A stretch of 24,000 nucleotides of DNA from Candidatus Calditenuaceae archaeon (GTDB lineage Archaea > Thermoproteota > Nitrososphaeria_A > Caldarchaeales > Calditenuaceae), in assembly GCA_025059595.1 (NCBI GenBank), contig JANXDI010000029.1:258735-282734 (forward strand), written 5' to 3'. The notes beneath the pieces were generated by a model. The model had not been told where the DNA came from. It was given only the letters and a program-made list of their open reading frames with translations, and made no database searches. Shown here in pieces: positions 8,754 through 17,041 of this stretch. Numbering within the stretch: position 1 is the first letter of the stretch; every line of letters starts with the position of its first letter. The translations under genes were made by a program, and so were the position numbers.

Positions 8754-8881
8754 TAGCCCGGGCCGGATTCGAACCGGCGTCCCCGGGGATCTCCTCCGAG
8801 TCCCACAGATCCAGAGCCCGGGATCCTTGGCCCCTGCTATCTGGCCATGTGCCGGGGGTTTGGCCGCTAGACGACCGGGCT
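8754..8881 (-). tRNA. tRNA-Gln(CUG) containing two apparent introns (D-loop about 8827-8859; anticodon loop 37/38 about 8789-8810)
   Basis: Acceptor AGCCCGG/CCGGGCT; T arm GCCGG-TTCGAAT-CCGGC; anticodon arm CCGGG-CTCTGG|intron|C-CCCGG. After removing 33 nt from the D loop and 22 nt at 37/38, a 72-nt body plus discriminator A remains: AGCCCGGTCGTCTAGCGGCCAAGGATCCCGGGCTCTGGCCCCGGGGACGCCGGTTCGAATCCGGCCCGGGCTA. No encoded CCA. Confidence 0.85.
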
Positions 8882-8968
8882 TTTTCGGCTTATAGGTTGT
8901 GGGCTCTGGTATTTTATTGTTATTTCGTTTTGTCTGCATCTTTTTAACCAGCTTTCACCCGGTAATCT

Positions 8969-9790
8969 GTGGAGAGGTTGATGAGCGAGTCTATTCTGCA
9001 TCTGAGGTCCACTCCTGATATGAAGAGCCCTGTTATGATTGTTGGGTTTGCAGGCTGGCCCGACGCTGGTGGCGTATCGTCGCTCTCAGTCACCTATCTG
9101 CGGGATTCACTGAATGCTAATCAAATAGGATACATCGACATGTCTCAGTTCATTGACCATACGCAGCATAGGCCCCATGTGGTTATTGAGGATGGTATTT
9201 TGAAGATGATTGGGATGCCGAGCTTCGAGATTTACTGGGGGTTGACCGCCGAGAGAGACGTTATTCTTATTCGTGGATATGAGCCTATGAGCGGCTGGGA
9301 CAGGCTGGTCAAAGCCATATTCAATCTCGTTGAGAAGTCTGGGGTAGAGAGTATGGTCTCGATTGGCGGACTCCTTGATAGGATTCCACACACAAGACCA
9401 GTAAGGATTTCTTTCCTCACAACAAGTAAAGAGTCATATTTTAAGGCCATTTCGCTTGGATTGAGACCATCAAATTATCAAGGCCCAGCGAGCATCCACA
9501 GCTACCTAATGCACGAATGCGGAAAGCTTGGGTTACAGGCAATATCTGTGTGGGGCCATGTTCCCAGCTACCTCAACATTCCAAATCCTCGCGTTGTGGC
9601 TGCGGTGCTTGAAAAGATTGGAGCTATCCTCGACATAAAGTTCAACCTCGATAGGCTGTATGTGGAGTCCACGGTCTTCGAGGGTAAGGTTGCAAGCCTC
9701 GTAGAGCAGGATAGTGAATTGAGTAGGCTGGTTGAGAGGCTTGAAAAGGAGTATGACGATGAGACGAGGCCGCCTGGCTATATAGTGTAG
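8969..9790 (+). CDS. PAC2-family protein (proteasome assembly chaperone-like / COG2047-type)
   Basis: VMIVGFAGWPDAGGVSSLSVTYLRD..., SIGGLLDRIPHTRPVRISFLTTS, YQGPASIHSYLMHECGKLGLQAISVWGHVPSYLNIPNPRVVAAVL. Actual start may be ATG 8981. Confidence 0.87.
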   Translation: MERLMSESILHLRSTPDMKSPVMIVGFAGWPDAGGVSSLSVTYLRDSLNANQIGYIDMSQFIDHTQHRPHVVIEDGILKMIGMPSFEIYWGLTAERDVILIRGYEPMSGWDRLVKAIFNLVEKSGVESMVSIGGLLDRIPHTRPVRISFLTTSKESYFKAISLGLRPSNYQGPASIHSYLMHECGKLGLQAISVWGHVPSYLNIPNPRVVAAVLEKIGAILDIKFNLDRLYVESTVFEGKVASLVEQDSELSRLVERLEKEYDDETRPPGYIV

Positions 9791-9813
9791 AGGCACCAAC
9801 CGTCTGAGCCTGT

Positions 9814-10653
9814 ATGTTGAGATTCTCAATTGTTGGCTGCGGTCAGATGGGCTCATGGTTCGCCAGGCATCTCTCCGCGAGAGGGGCTAGCCTAACTCTT
9901 CACGACAAGGAGAGACGTAAGGCCGAGAGTTTGGCTAAGAGATTTGACGCGCGAGTCATAGACTCGATTGAGGAGGCGGCGGATAGTGGACCCATACTTC
10001 TTGCGCTCCCTATCAAGGAGACCAGCCAAGCTTTAAGAGACTTGGTGGACTTTGCGGAACATAAACTCAGGATTGTTGAGATATGCTCTTTCAAGGGGCC
10101 TCTGAGAAAACAGATATCTTATGCGAGGAGGGGGGGCCACGTTGTAGCCTCTATTCATCCGCTCTTCGGCCCAGGGCAGAGAGATGATAAAGACACCGTC
10201 ACGATTCACGTAGATAGGGGTAGCAGGTCTGAAGACTTCCTCGTGAGAATGCTCCTCCCCAAGACGCGGATACGCAGAATGACGTGGTTTGAGCATGATG
10301 AGGCCATGACTGTTGCCATCTCCCTCACACACTTCATTGGAATCTCAGCAGCACAGCAAGTCTCGAAAATTAGGCCTCTCAAGGTCAAGACCAAGAGCCT
10401 CTACACCTTACTTTCACTGATCTCCATCAGCATATCGGAGTCGGATAGTTTCTACGAGGATTACGCGATGAATAACTCAAGCGCGATGAAACTCTTCAGG
10501 GCATACGCCGCCAACGTACAAACGTTCTTGAAAGCTCTAGAGAGGAGTAGAGCGACAGAACTCGTTAAAGAGGCAAGGAAAGTGCTTAGAAGGCGATACG
10601 CCCTCGACGTGATTTACAATAGTCTCTACTCAGATTCGCGGAATTGTCGGTGA
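9814..10653 (+). CDS. tyrA: Prephenate dehydrogenase-like protein (TyrA family)
   Basis: N-terminal Rossmann fold LRFSIVGCGQMGSWFARHLSARGASLTLHDK; PIKETSQALRDL; VASIHPLFGPGQRDDKDTVTI; archaeal TyrA layout. Confidence 0.8.
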   Translation: MLRFSIVGCGQMGSWFARHLSARGASLTLHDKERRKAESLAKRFDARVIDSIEEAADSGPILLALPIKETSQALRDLVDFAEHKLRIVEICSFKGPLRKQISYARRGGHVVASIHPLFGPGQRDDKDTVTIHVDRGSRSEDFLVRMLLPKTRIRRMTWFEHDEAMTVAISLTHFIGISAAQQVSKIRPLKVKTKSLYTLLSLISISISESDSFYEDYAMNNSSAMKLFRAYAANVQTFLKALERSRATELVKEARKVLRRRYALDVIYNSLYSDSRNCR

Positions 10654-10689
10654 GAAAGGTTCATATTCGTGGCAAAGCTCCTCAGGAAT

Positions 10690-11295
10690 ATGCAGAAATA
10701 TACTCTTCCACAGCTGCCATACGCCTACAATGCTCTCGAGCCGGTGATATCTGAGCAGATTATGTTGCTTCACCATACGAAGCATCACCAAGCCTATGTA
10801 AACGGCGCTAACGCGGCTTTGGAGAAGATTGAAAGGTCGGTGAGGGGAGAGCTTGAGATTGATGTCAGGGCTGTTTTAAGGGATTTGAGCTTCAACCTCG
10901 ACGGACATAAACTCCACTCAATATTCTGGCCGAATATGGCCCCGCTTGGTAAAGGGGGTGGTAAGCCTGGGGGCGGAGTGGCTGACAGGTTGGAGAAGGA
11001 GTTTGGCGGCTTCGACCGCTTCAAGAAACTTTTCAGCGACGCAGCCAAGACGGTTGAGGGAGTGGGATGGGCCCTTCTGCTCTACGACCCTGAGAGTGAC
11101 AGGCTTGTCTTGACGCAGATTGAGAAGCAGAATCTGATGCATCTCGCCCAGCTCCCAATTCTCCTCTCACTTGATGTCTGGGAGCATGCCTACTACCTCC
11201 AGTACAAGAACGACCGAGCGAGCTACGTGGATGCGTGGTGGCAGGTTGTTAACTGGGACGATGTTGAAAAGAGGTTCAGTAAAGCCAAGGTTTAA
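10690..11295 (+). CDS. sod: Superoxide dismutase, Fe/Mn family
   Basis: YTLPQLPYAYNALEPVISEQIMLLHHTKHHQAYVNGAN, NLDGHKLHSIFWPNM, DVWEHAYYLQYKNDRASYVDAWWQVVNWDDV. Track start is GTG 10669. Confidence 0.96.
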   Translation: MQKYTLPQLPYAYNALEPVISEQIMLLHHTKHHQAYVNGANAALEKIERSVRGELEIDVRAVLRDLSFNLDGHKLHSIFWPNMAPLGKGGGKPGGGVADRLEKEFGGFDRFKKLFSDAAKTVEGVGWALLLYDPESDRLVLTQIEKQNLMHLAQLPILLSLDVWEHAYYLQYKNDRASYVDAWWQVVNWDDVEKRFSKAKV

Positions 11296-11335
11296 AACCA
11301 AAGAACTCTGAAATTTTGTGTGGTGTTTTCGCTTC

Positions 11336-12460
11336 ATGAGGCTTATCGAGTATGAGGGCTTAAGCCTACTGAGTGAAGCTGGTATTCCAACTCCACGGTT
11401 CAGGGTCGTCAGCGACCCAGACGAGGCTGTAAAGGCTGCGGTGGAGGTTGGACTCCCGGTTGTTTTAAAGGCTCAGGTCCTGGTTGGGGGGAGGGGGAAG
11501 GCCGGCGGAGTCAAGTTCGCCGAGAGTTTGGATGAGGTCGAGAGAATTGCCGGCGCCCTCTTTGGCTCCGAGATAAGGGGGGAGAGGGTTGGTAGGGTGA
11601 TGGTCGCTGAAGCGGTGAAGCACTCTGAGGAGCTTTATCTCTCAATTATAGTGGACCGCGCCTCGAACACCCACCTGATACTCGCTTCTAGGATGGGTGG
11701 TGTAGATGTTGAGGAGCTTTCGAAAAGGATGCCGGAGAAGCTCATCAAAGTCTCAGTTGACCCGTTGATTGGGCTCCGGGACTGGCAGGTGAGGAGGGTA
11801 TCATCGCTTCTGGATTTGCCATCGGGATTGGCCCCAAAGATTCAAGATATTGTCAGGAGACTGTATGAGGTTTATCGGGCCTTCTACTGTGACCTCGCGG
11901 AAATCAACCCTCTCGCTCAAACTGAAGATGGGAGGCTCATCGCGCTTGATGCCAAGTTGATAATCGATGATAACGCAGCTAGGATGTTCGGGTTCAGATT
12001 CGGAGGCGGGCTTGATGCGGAGAGGGAGGCGGAGAAGCTTGGCTTAAACTATGTGGAGCTTGAAGGCGACATAGGGATAATCTGTAATGGCGCAGGCTTG
12101 ACCATGGCGACCATGGACCTGATACACAGTTTGGGTAGGAGGCCTGCTTGCTTCCTTGACCTGGGTGGCGGCGCCTCCGCGGAAAAAGTTTACGAGGCTG
12201 TTAAATTCCTCTTCAACAGGCCGCACGTCAAGCTGGTCCTACTCAACGTATTGGCGGGGATTACGAGGAGCGATGAAGTTGCCGAAGGCATCGTCAGGGC
12301 GTACGACGAGTTTAGAGGCTCCAAGAAGATTGTTGTGAGGCTTACGGGAACGAGAGAGGAGGAGGGTAGGAGGATTCTAGAGTCGAGGAATATAGGATAT
12401 TTTACCCGGATGCCGGAGGCGGCTGAGGAGGCGGTTAGACAGCTGGCTACATCAAGCTAA
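11336..12460 (+). CDS. sucC: Succinyl-CoA synthetase (ADP-forming) beta subunit
   Basis: MRLIEYEGLSLLSEAGIPTPRF..., VLKAQVLVGGRGKAGGVKFA, DLAEINPLA, LDAKLIIDDNA, GDIGIICNGAGLTMATMD, DLGGGASAEKVYEAVKFL, LLNVLAGITRSDEVAEGI. Confidence 0.93.
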   Translation: MRLIEYEGLSLLSEAGIPTPRFRVVSDPDEAVKAAVEVGLPVVLKAQVLVGGRGKAGGVKFAESLDEVERIAGALFGSEIRGERVGRVMVAEAVKHSEELYLSIIVDRASNTHLILASRMGGVDVEELSKRMPEKLIKVSVDPLIGLRDWQVRRVSSLLDLPSGLAPKIQDIVRRLYEVYRAFYCDLAEINPLAQTEDGRLIALDAKLIIDDNAARMFGFRFGGGLDAEREAEKLGLNYVELEGDIGIICNGAGLTMATMDLIHSLGRRPACFLDLGGGASAEKVYEAVKFLFNRPHVKLVLLNVLAGITRSDEVAEGIVRAYDEFRGSKKIVVRLTGTREEEGRRILESRNIGYFTRMPEAAEEAVRQLATSS

Positions 12461-12745
12461 GGGCTCCCGTATCTCTTGTCTATTACTATTACTCTTTGAC
12501 AGAAGCTCAGCCCTCTCACGAAGGCCGCTTCTGAATTCTAGCAGCCCCAACACTATCACGGGGCTCGCTGCGATGCTAAGTATCAAGTTAACGGAAAACA
12601 GACCGGCCAGCTCCGCCATCAGCCCCTTAACAAAGGGAGTAGAAGCCATTCCGAGCGCGACTAGCGTAACGCCTGCTACTGTGGGCGCGACCCCGAACCC
12701 CAACCCCAAGCCAACAGCTAAAAGTCCACGAACGACTCTGTCCAT
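12452..12745 (-). CDS. Small predicted membrane protein
   Basis: 97 aa with two or three hydrophobic stretches (LLAVGLGLGFGVAPTVAGVTLVALG; LFSVNLILSIAASPVIVLGLL). No family recognised. Confidence 0.45.
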   Translation of the reverse strand: MDRVVRGLLAVGLGLGFGVAPTVAGVTLVALGMASTPFVKGLMAELAGLFSVNLILSIAASPVIVLGLLEFRSGLRERAELLSKSNSNRQEIREPLA

Positions 12746-12835
12746 CTCGAAGACTCAAAGACCGGGCTTCAATAATAAAGGGTTTTGGAGACCTGCTGAA
12801 TCGGGGATTTCAGAGTATTACTGAGCCAATACCCC

Positions 12836-13312
12836 CTACACTCCGAGGTGAAGCTCGTCCTCCGGGATGCCCGCCACGTGGAAAATCTCCCTCTCCGTAG
12901 CCCCGGGCTTCAGCGTCCTATATCTCTCATAAAAAGCACTCCTAACCTCCTCCACGCTCTTAAAGAGCTCGGACATGTCCCTGTAACCACCTCTCAGAAC
13001 CCTATACTTCAACCTCCCCTCAGCCTCCTCAGCAATAACACACCTAACAACTCCGCCCACCTTCTCATACCCGCGAACACCGCTCCGACCCGCATTCTTC
13101 GCCCGCGCCTCCACAAGAACCGAAATTCTCTTCCTCCGCTCCCCCTCAGACCGAACAATTTCGAGGCTAAAACCGCAAGTCCCGAACCTCTGATAAATCC
13201 TCCTCTCCATCGGATAATGCCTCAACGTTGCTAAGCCAGTCGTCTCCGAACTCTTTATCAGCTTCACGATATCATCGACGATTTTCTTTGTTGTAACTCC
13301 CCGCCTACTCAA
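12836..13312 (-). CDS. Hypothetical protein
   Basis: 158-aa ORF with balanced composition, preferred over the low-complexity P/L-rich opposite-strand ORF 12848..13234. No recognised family. Confidence 0.5.
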   Translation of the reverse strand: MSRRGVTTKKIVDDIVKLIKSSETTGLATLRHYPMERRIYQRFGTCGFSLEIVRSEGERRKRISVLVEARAKNAGRSGVRGYEKVGGVVRCVIAEEAEGRLKYRVLRGGYRDMSELFKSVEEVRSAFYERYRTLKPGATEREIFHVAGIPEDELHLGV

Positions 13313-13366
13313 CCCTCCATGAATATAAATCGGTGAATAATAATTCTTCTACCTCGCAACTCACAG

Positions 13367-13440
13367 CGGGCCCGGAGGGATTTGAACCCTCGACCTACCG
13401 GTTAAGAGCCGGCCGCTCTACCTGCCTGAGCTACGGGCCC
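13367..13440 (-). tRNA. tRNA-Lys(CUU)
   Basis: GGGCCCG TA GCTC AGGCAGGTA GAGC G GCCGG CTCTTAA CCGGT AGGTC GAGGG TTCAAAT CCCTC CGGGCCC G: full cloverleaf, anticodon CTT, no intron, no encoded CCA. Confidence 0.94.
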
Positions 13441-13465
13441 GGTTAGACTCTCTTCTCTCGATTAA

Positions 13466-13473
13466 TTTAAACA
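13466..13473 (-). promoter_or_regulatory. Candidate TATA box upstream of tRNA-Lys
   Basis: TGTTTAAA on the minus strand (plus-strand tttaaaca), 26-33 bp upstream of the tRNA 5' end. Confidence 0.4.
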
Positions 13474-13546
13474 TGAAATCGGCTCAGTTATTCGGGGAGC
13501 CTCTGCGGTCGCTGATTTATTTGCCGGTGTGTCTTAGTTCACCGTC

Positions 13547-13831
13547 ATGCTTGGCCGTGTTTTGATTGTTCTGTTTGGATGGTCTGTCTGCTTCTTGGCT
13601 GCTATTTCATTGGGGTTTTGGAGGGAGTGGCCCGATTTCGTCCACGTCAGTTATGGCTTCCCATTTCCGTGGGCCGTACACGTGCTCGTCACATTCACAG
13701 GACCGACCGATTTCTGGTCTTTGAATGTCTCAGCGCTTCTCCTTGACATTATTTTCTGGATAGCAGTTTTGGCGACTGTGATGGTCGCAGCCCTCAGAGT
13801 CAAGGGCACCCAGCGGCAGGTCTATAGGTAA
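13547..13831 (+). CDS. Small predicted membrane protein
   Basis: 94 aa with hydrophobic N- and C-terminal segments (VLIVLFGWSVCFLAAISLGFW; LLLDIIFWIAVLATVMVAAL). No family recognised. Confidence 0.45.
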   Translation: MLGRVLIVLFGWSVCFLAAISLGFWREWPDFVHVSYGFPFPWAVHVLVTFTGPTDFWSLNVSALLLDIIFWIAVLATVMVAALRVKGTQRQVYR

Positions 13832-13908
13832 ATGTCGACCTTCACTCCACCGATTAGATTTAATACTTGAGAAAGAGGTGCATTTTTAGGTGAGAGGAGC
13901 TCGGCAGA

Positions 13909-15576
13909 TGGGTTGTAGGGGGAGCTTGGCCTTATATTCATGGTGTCCCGCATATCGGCAATCTGATAGGGTCTGAGCTCTCAGCCGATGTCTTCGCAAG
14001 ATATCTTAGATTGAAAGGTGAGGACGTCGTCTTCGTCAGCGGCTCTGACGAGCATGGGACACCGATTGAGGTTGAGGCGGCGAAGCAGGGAATTGACCCT
14101 AAAGCCTTGACTGACAAGTTCCACACTAAGGTGGTTCAGCTCTTCCAAGGATTCAACCTCTCTTTCGACAACTACACCAGGACACACAACCCCATCCACA
14201 TATCGTTCTGCCAGAACTTCTTCAAGCGAGTCTACGAGAATGGATACATCTTCGACAGCGAAATCGACCAGCTTTATTGCGAGAAATGCGGCAGATTTCT
14301 TCCGGACAGATTTGTGCACGGGACTTGCCCCTACTGCGGATACGGTTTCGCGAGGGGAGACCAGTGCGAGTCGTGTGGAAGAGTGTTAGACCCTCTCGAG
14401 CTTCTGGGCCCCACTTGCGCTATCTGCGGCTCAACGCCATTAATCAGGTCGACTAGACACTGGTTCCTCGACCTTCCCCAGCTTTCGGAGAGGCTTAGGG
14501 ATTGGTTGGCTTCGAGCCAGTCGATGCCTGAGCGTGTGAAGGCTTTCAGCCTGGGCTGGATTGAGGAAGGGTTGAGGCCTAGAGCTGTTACGCGGGATAA
14601 TAAGTGGGGGATTCCCGCGCCGTTTCCTGGGTCGGAGAAGAAGACCATTTACGTGTGGTTTGAGGCTGTCTTGGGCTACATTTCGGCGACTGTGGAGCTT
14701 GGAGTGTCCAGGGGCGAGCCCGACCTCTGGGAGAGATACTGGCTGGACAGCCAGACGAAGACGGCCTACTTCATCGGAAAGGACAACATTCCATTTCACA
14801 CAATAATCCTCCCCGCGCTTCTCATGGCGCACGGCGACGGCTTCGTCTTACCTTGGACAGTCTCGGCCACCGAGTATCTAACCTTCGAGGGGCAGAAGTT
14901 CTCCAAGAGTAAGAGAATAGGAGTTTGGCTTGACGAGGCTCTTGAGATACTGCCGGGCGACTATTGGAGATATTACCTGGTCAAGATAAGGCCTGAGACA
15001 AGCGACACAAACTTCAAGTGGCAGGATTTCACCGCGACCGTGAACAGCGACCTAAACGACGACATCGGCAACTATATTCACCGCGTCTTAACATTCATCT
15101 ACACATATTTCGGGGGCGAGGTTCCACCACCCAGCGAGCTGGACCAAGACGACAGGGAGATTCTCTCAAAGATAGTCGAGACCGGGCGGAGAACTGAGTT
15201 TCTGATGGAAGATGTTAGGGAGAGACAGGCTCTTATTGAAGTGCTCTCCCTCGTCAAGGAGGCTAACGGGTACCTAAATCTCAAGGAGCCCTGGAAGCTA
15301 CATAAAACCGACCCAGTGAAGGCGGCGACCACGCTCTACGTCGCCTCTCAAGTAGTCGCTGCACTATCCATCCTCCTAGACATGTTCACTCCAGTGGCCG
15401 CCTCCTCAATCCGGAGGATGCTTAAGCTCGAAGAGAAAGCATCGGGAAGCTGGAAGAGGATAGGCGAGGAGCTAGTCACACCAAAGACTTTGATTGAGAG
15501 GCCCATTCCCCTGTTCAGAAAAGTCACAGAGAGGGAAATATTAGGTAGGCGGGAAAAAATAGCTACAGCCTATTGA
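13909..15576 (+). CDS. metG: Methionyl-tRNA synthetase
   Basis: Track start is TTG 14011, but the frame upstream encodes WVVGGAWPYIHGVPHIGNLIGSELSADVFARYLRLKGEDVVFVSGSDEHGTPIE (HIGH-like HIGN). Downstream: CPYCGY..CESCGRVLD..CAICG zinc knuckles and KFSKSKRIGVW. In-frame stop at 13891-13893; start codon unclear. Confidence 0.94.
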   Translation, partial: WVVGGAWPYIHGVPHIGNLIGSELSADVFARYLRLKGEDVVFVSGSDEHGTPIEVEAAKQGIDPKALTDKFHTKVVQLFQGFNLSFDNYTRTHNPIHISFCQNFFKRVYENGYIFDSEIDQLYCEKCGRFLPDRFVHGTCPYCGYGFARGDQCESCGRVLDPLELLGPTCAICGSTPLIRSTRHWFLDLPQLSERLRDWLASSQSMPERVKAFSLGWIEEGLRPRAVTRDNKWGIPAPFPGSEKKTIYVWFEAVLGYISATVELGVSRGEPDLWERYWLDSQTKTAYFIGKDNIPFHTIILPALLMAHGDGFVLPWTVSATEYLTFEGQKFSKSKRIGVWLDEALEILPGDYWRYYLVKIRPETSDTNFKWQDFTATVNSDLNDDIGNYIHRVLTFIYTYFGGEVPPPSELDQDDREILSKIVETGRRTEFLMEDVRERQALIEVLSLVKEANGYLNLKEPWKLHKTDPVKAATTLYVASQVVAALSILLDMFTPVAASSIRRMLKLEEKASGSWKRIGEELVTPKTLIERPIPLFRKVTEREILGRREKIATAY

Positions 15577-15580
15577 GCGT

Positions 15581-16744
15581 CTACGGTGTGGCTTTCTCGG
15601 TTCTAAGCCTTTTTATGCCGAGTTCAGAGATAATTTTGTCGAGCTCGTCCTCCTCCCTGACCTCTCCACGCTGAGCTGTTATCGGCTCTCTCCTTGGGGG
15701 CAGCTCTTGGACGGTCTCACGCTTGAAAAATCGGTCGTCCACGCTTTGGACGGCGGCCTCCATTTCGCGGATGTAGCTCTCCGTCTCGAGACCAGCCAGT
15801 ATTAGGGAGACCTGTATGGTTGCGTTGTAGTAGTTGTCCACCCGCGCACCCCATACTATGAGGCCATCATCTCCCATGAGCTCGTAAATTATCTCTGGAG
15901 GCCTGGATGCCTCTTTTAGCTTCATGTCCTCGCCCCCGGTTACATGAACTATGGCAGCTGAGACGCCTTCAAGACCTACACTACCCTCGAAGAGGGGGGA
16001 TTGGAGCGCGTTAAATGTAGCCTCCTCGGCCCTATTTGGAGAGCTGCTCCGACCAATACCCAGTGTCGCAAGCCGACCCCTCGACACAACCGTCTTGAAA
16101 TCTTCGAAGTCTATGTTAATCAGGCTTGGCTTCACTATCGACTCTGTAATGCTCAGTATCATGTTGTTGATTACCTCGTCTGCTAGGGCGAACGCTGTTT
16201 TCAGATTATACTGTGGATAGAGCTCGAGGAGCCTGTTGTTATCAACAACCACCACCGTATTCACGTATTGCTGCAGCTCAGACAGCCCCTTGAGGGCAAT
16301 CCTCTTACGGACACCACCCTCAAACCTGAAGGGCATAGTCACGACACCCACGACTATGGCTCCAAGCTCCCTCGCCACCTTCGCGCAGACAGGCGCGGCA
16401 CCAGTCCCGGTGCCTCCTCCGAGTCCAGCCGCGATGAAGACTAGGTCTGCATCCTCAAGCGCCCTCTTAATGTCCTCAATACTCTCCTCAGCTGCCATCC
16501 TTCCTATCTCTGGGTTCCCACCAGCGCCGTGGTCGCGAGTGGTGCGCGGGCCGAGTAAAATTTTCTGATGAGCGTTCACCGTGTCTAAGTGCTGCCTGTC
16601 GGTGTTTGCAGCGATTGCCGTAGCCCCGTATAGCCCTGAGGAGATTAGCCTGTGGACGGTGTTGCTTCCCGCTCCACCTAGGCCTATAAGCTTAATCTTG
16701 ACTCCATAGTTCTCCTCGTGAGCTCCAATCTCTTGACTACTCAC
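15581..16744 (-). CDS. ftsZ: Cell division protein FtsZ
   Basis: IKLIGLGGAGSNTVHRL, AANTDRQHL, FIAAGLGGGTGTGAAPVCAKVARELGAIVVGVVTMPF, RGRLATLGIG: tubulin/FtsZ GTPase signatures. GTG start. Confidence 0.96.
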   Translation of the reverse strand: MSSQEIGAHEENYGVKIKLIGLGGAGSNTVHRLISSGLYGATAIAANTDRQHLDTVNAHQKILLGPRTTRDHGAGGNPEIGRMAAEESIEDIKRALEDADLVFIAAGLGGGTGTGAAPVCAKVARELGAIVVGVVTMPFRFEGGVRKRIALKGLSELQQYVNTVVVVDNNRLLELYPQYNLKTAFALADEVINNMILSITESIVKPSLINIDFEDFKTVVSRGRLATLGIGRSSSPNRAEEATFNALQSPLFEGSVGLEGVSAAIVHVTGGEDMKLKEASRPPEIIYELMGDDGLIVWGARVDNYYNATIQVSLILAGLETESYIREMEAAVQSVDDRFFKRETVQELPPRREPITAQRGEVREEDELDKIISELGIKRLRTEKATP

Positions 16745-16883
16745 TTGACCTGGCCTCCTCCTTTATGAAGTCTCTCACAGCCATACGGATTGCCTCAGCC
16801 CTGTTTGGATAGAGCCTCCTCTTGACTAGCTCGTCGATGGCCTCAAGATATGCCTCAGGAAGGTGAACCGTCACAACCTTCAA
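16737..16883 (-). CDS. Ribbon-helix-helix (CopG/Arc-type) transcriptional regulator, CdrS-like by position
   Basis: Not in the ORF track (48 aa). Manual minus-strand translation from TTG 16883: MKVVTVHLPEAYLEAIDELVKRRLYPNRAEAIRMAVRDFIKEEARSSE*. Beta-strand (KVVTVHLPE) plus helix, turn (PNRAEAIR) and helix is the classic RHH signature. It overlaps the ftsZ GTG. Confidence 0.85.
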   Translation of the reverse strand: MKVVTVHLPEAYLEAIDELVKRRLYPNRAEAIRMAVRDFIKEEARSSE

Positions 16884-17041
16884 CCTATCCCACCTCGGAG
16901 AGGCTACTGAAAGTGAACTTCAAATAAAGATATGTAATACCGGGATTAATATCCTGTGAAGACTCTCCAAGGAAAAAACGGGATTTCTGTTGCAGAAAAT
17001 GATAATGCTAAATAGCCCTAGGGCTCAAATTTTGTTGAATA

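Noticed and set aside
8711-8947. Short ORFs 8711..8947 (+) and 8745..8939 (-)
   Set aside because: They read through the tRNA-Gln gene and have no protein-like features.
12848-13234. Plus-strand 128-aa ORF opposite the 12836..13312 gene
   Set aside because: Leu/Pro/Asn-rich composition typical of a shadow ORF; the minus-strand protein has a more natural composition.
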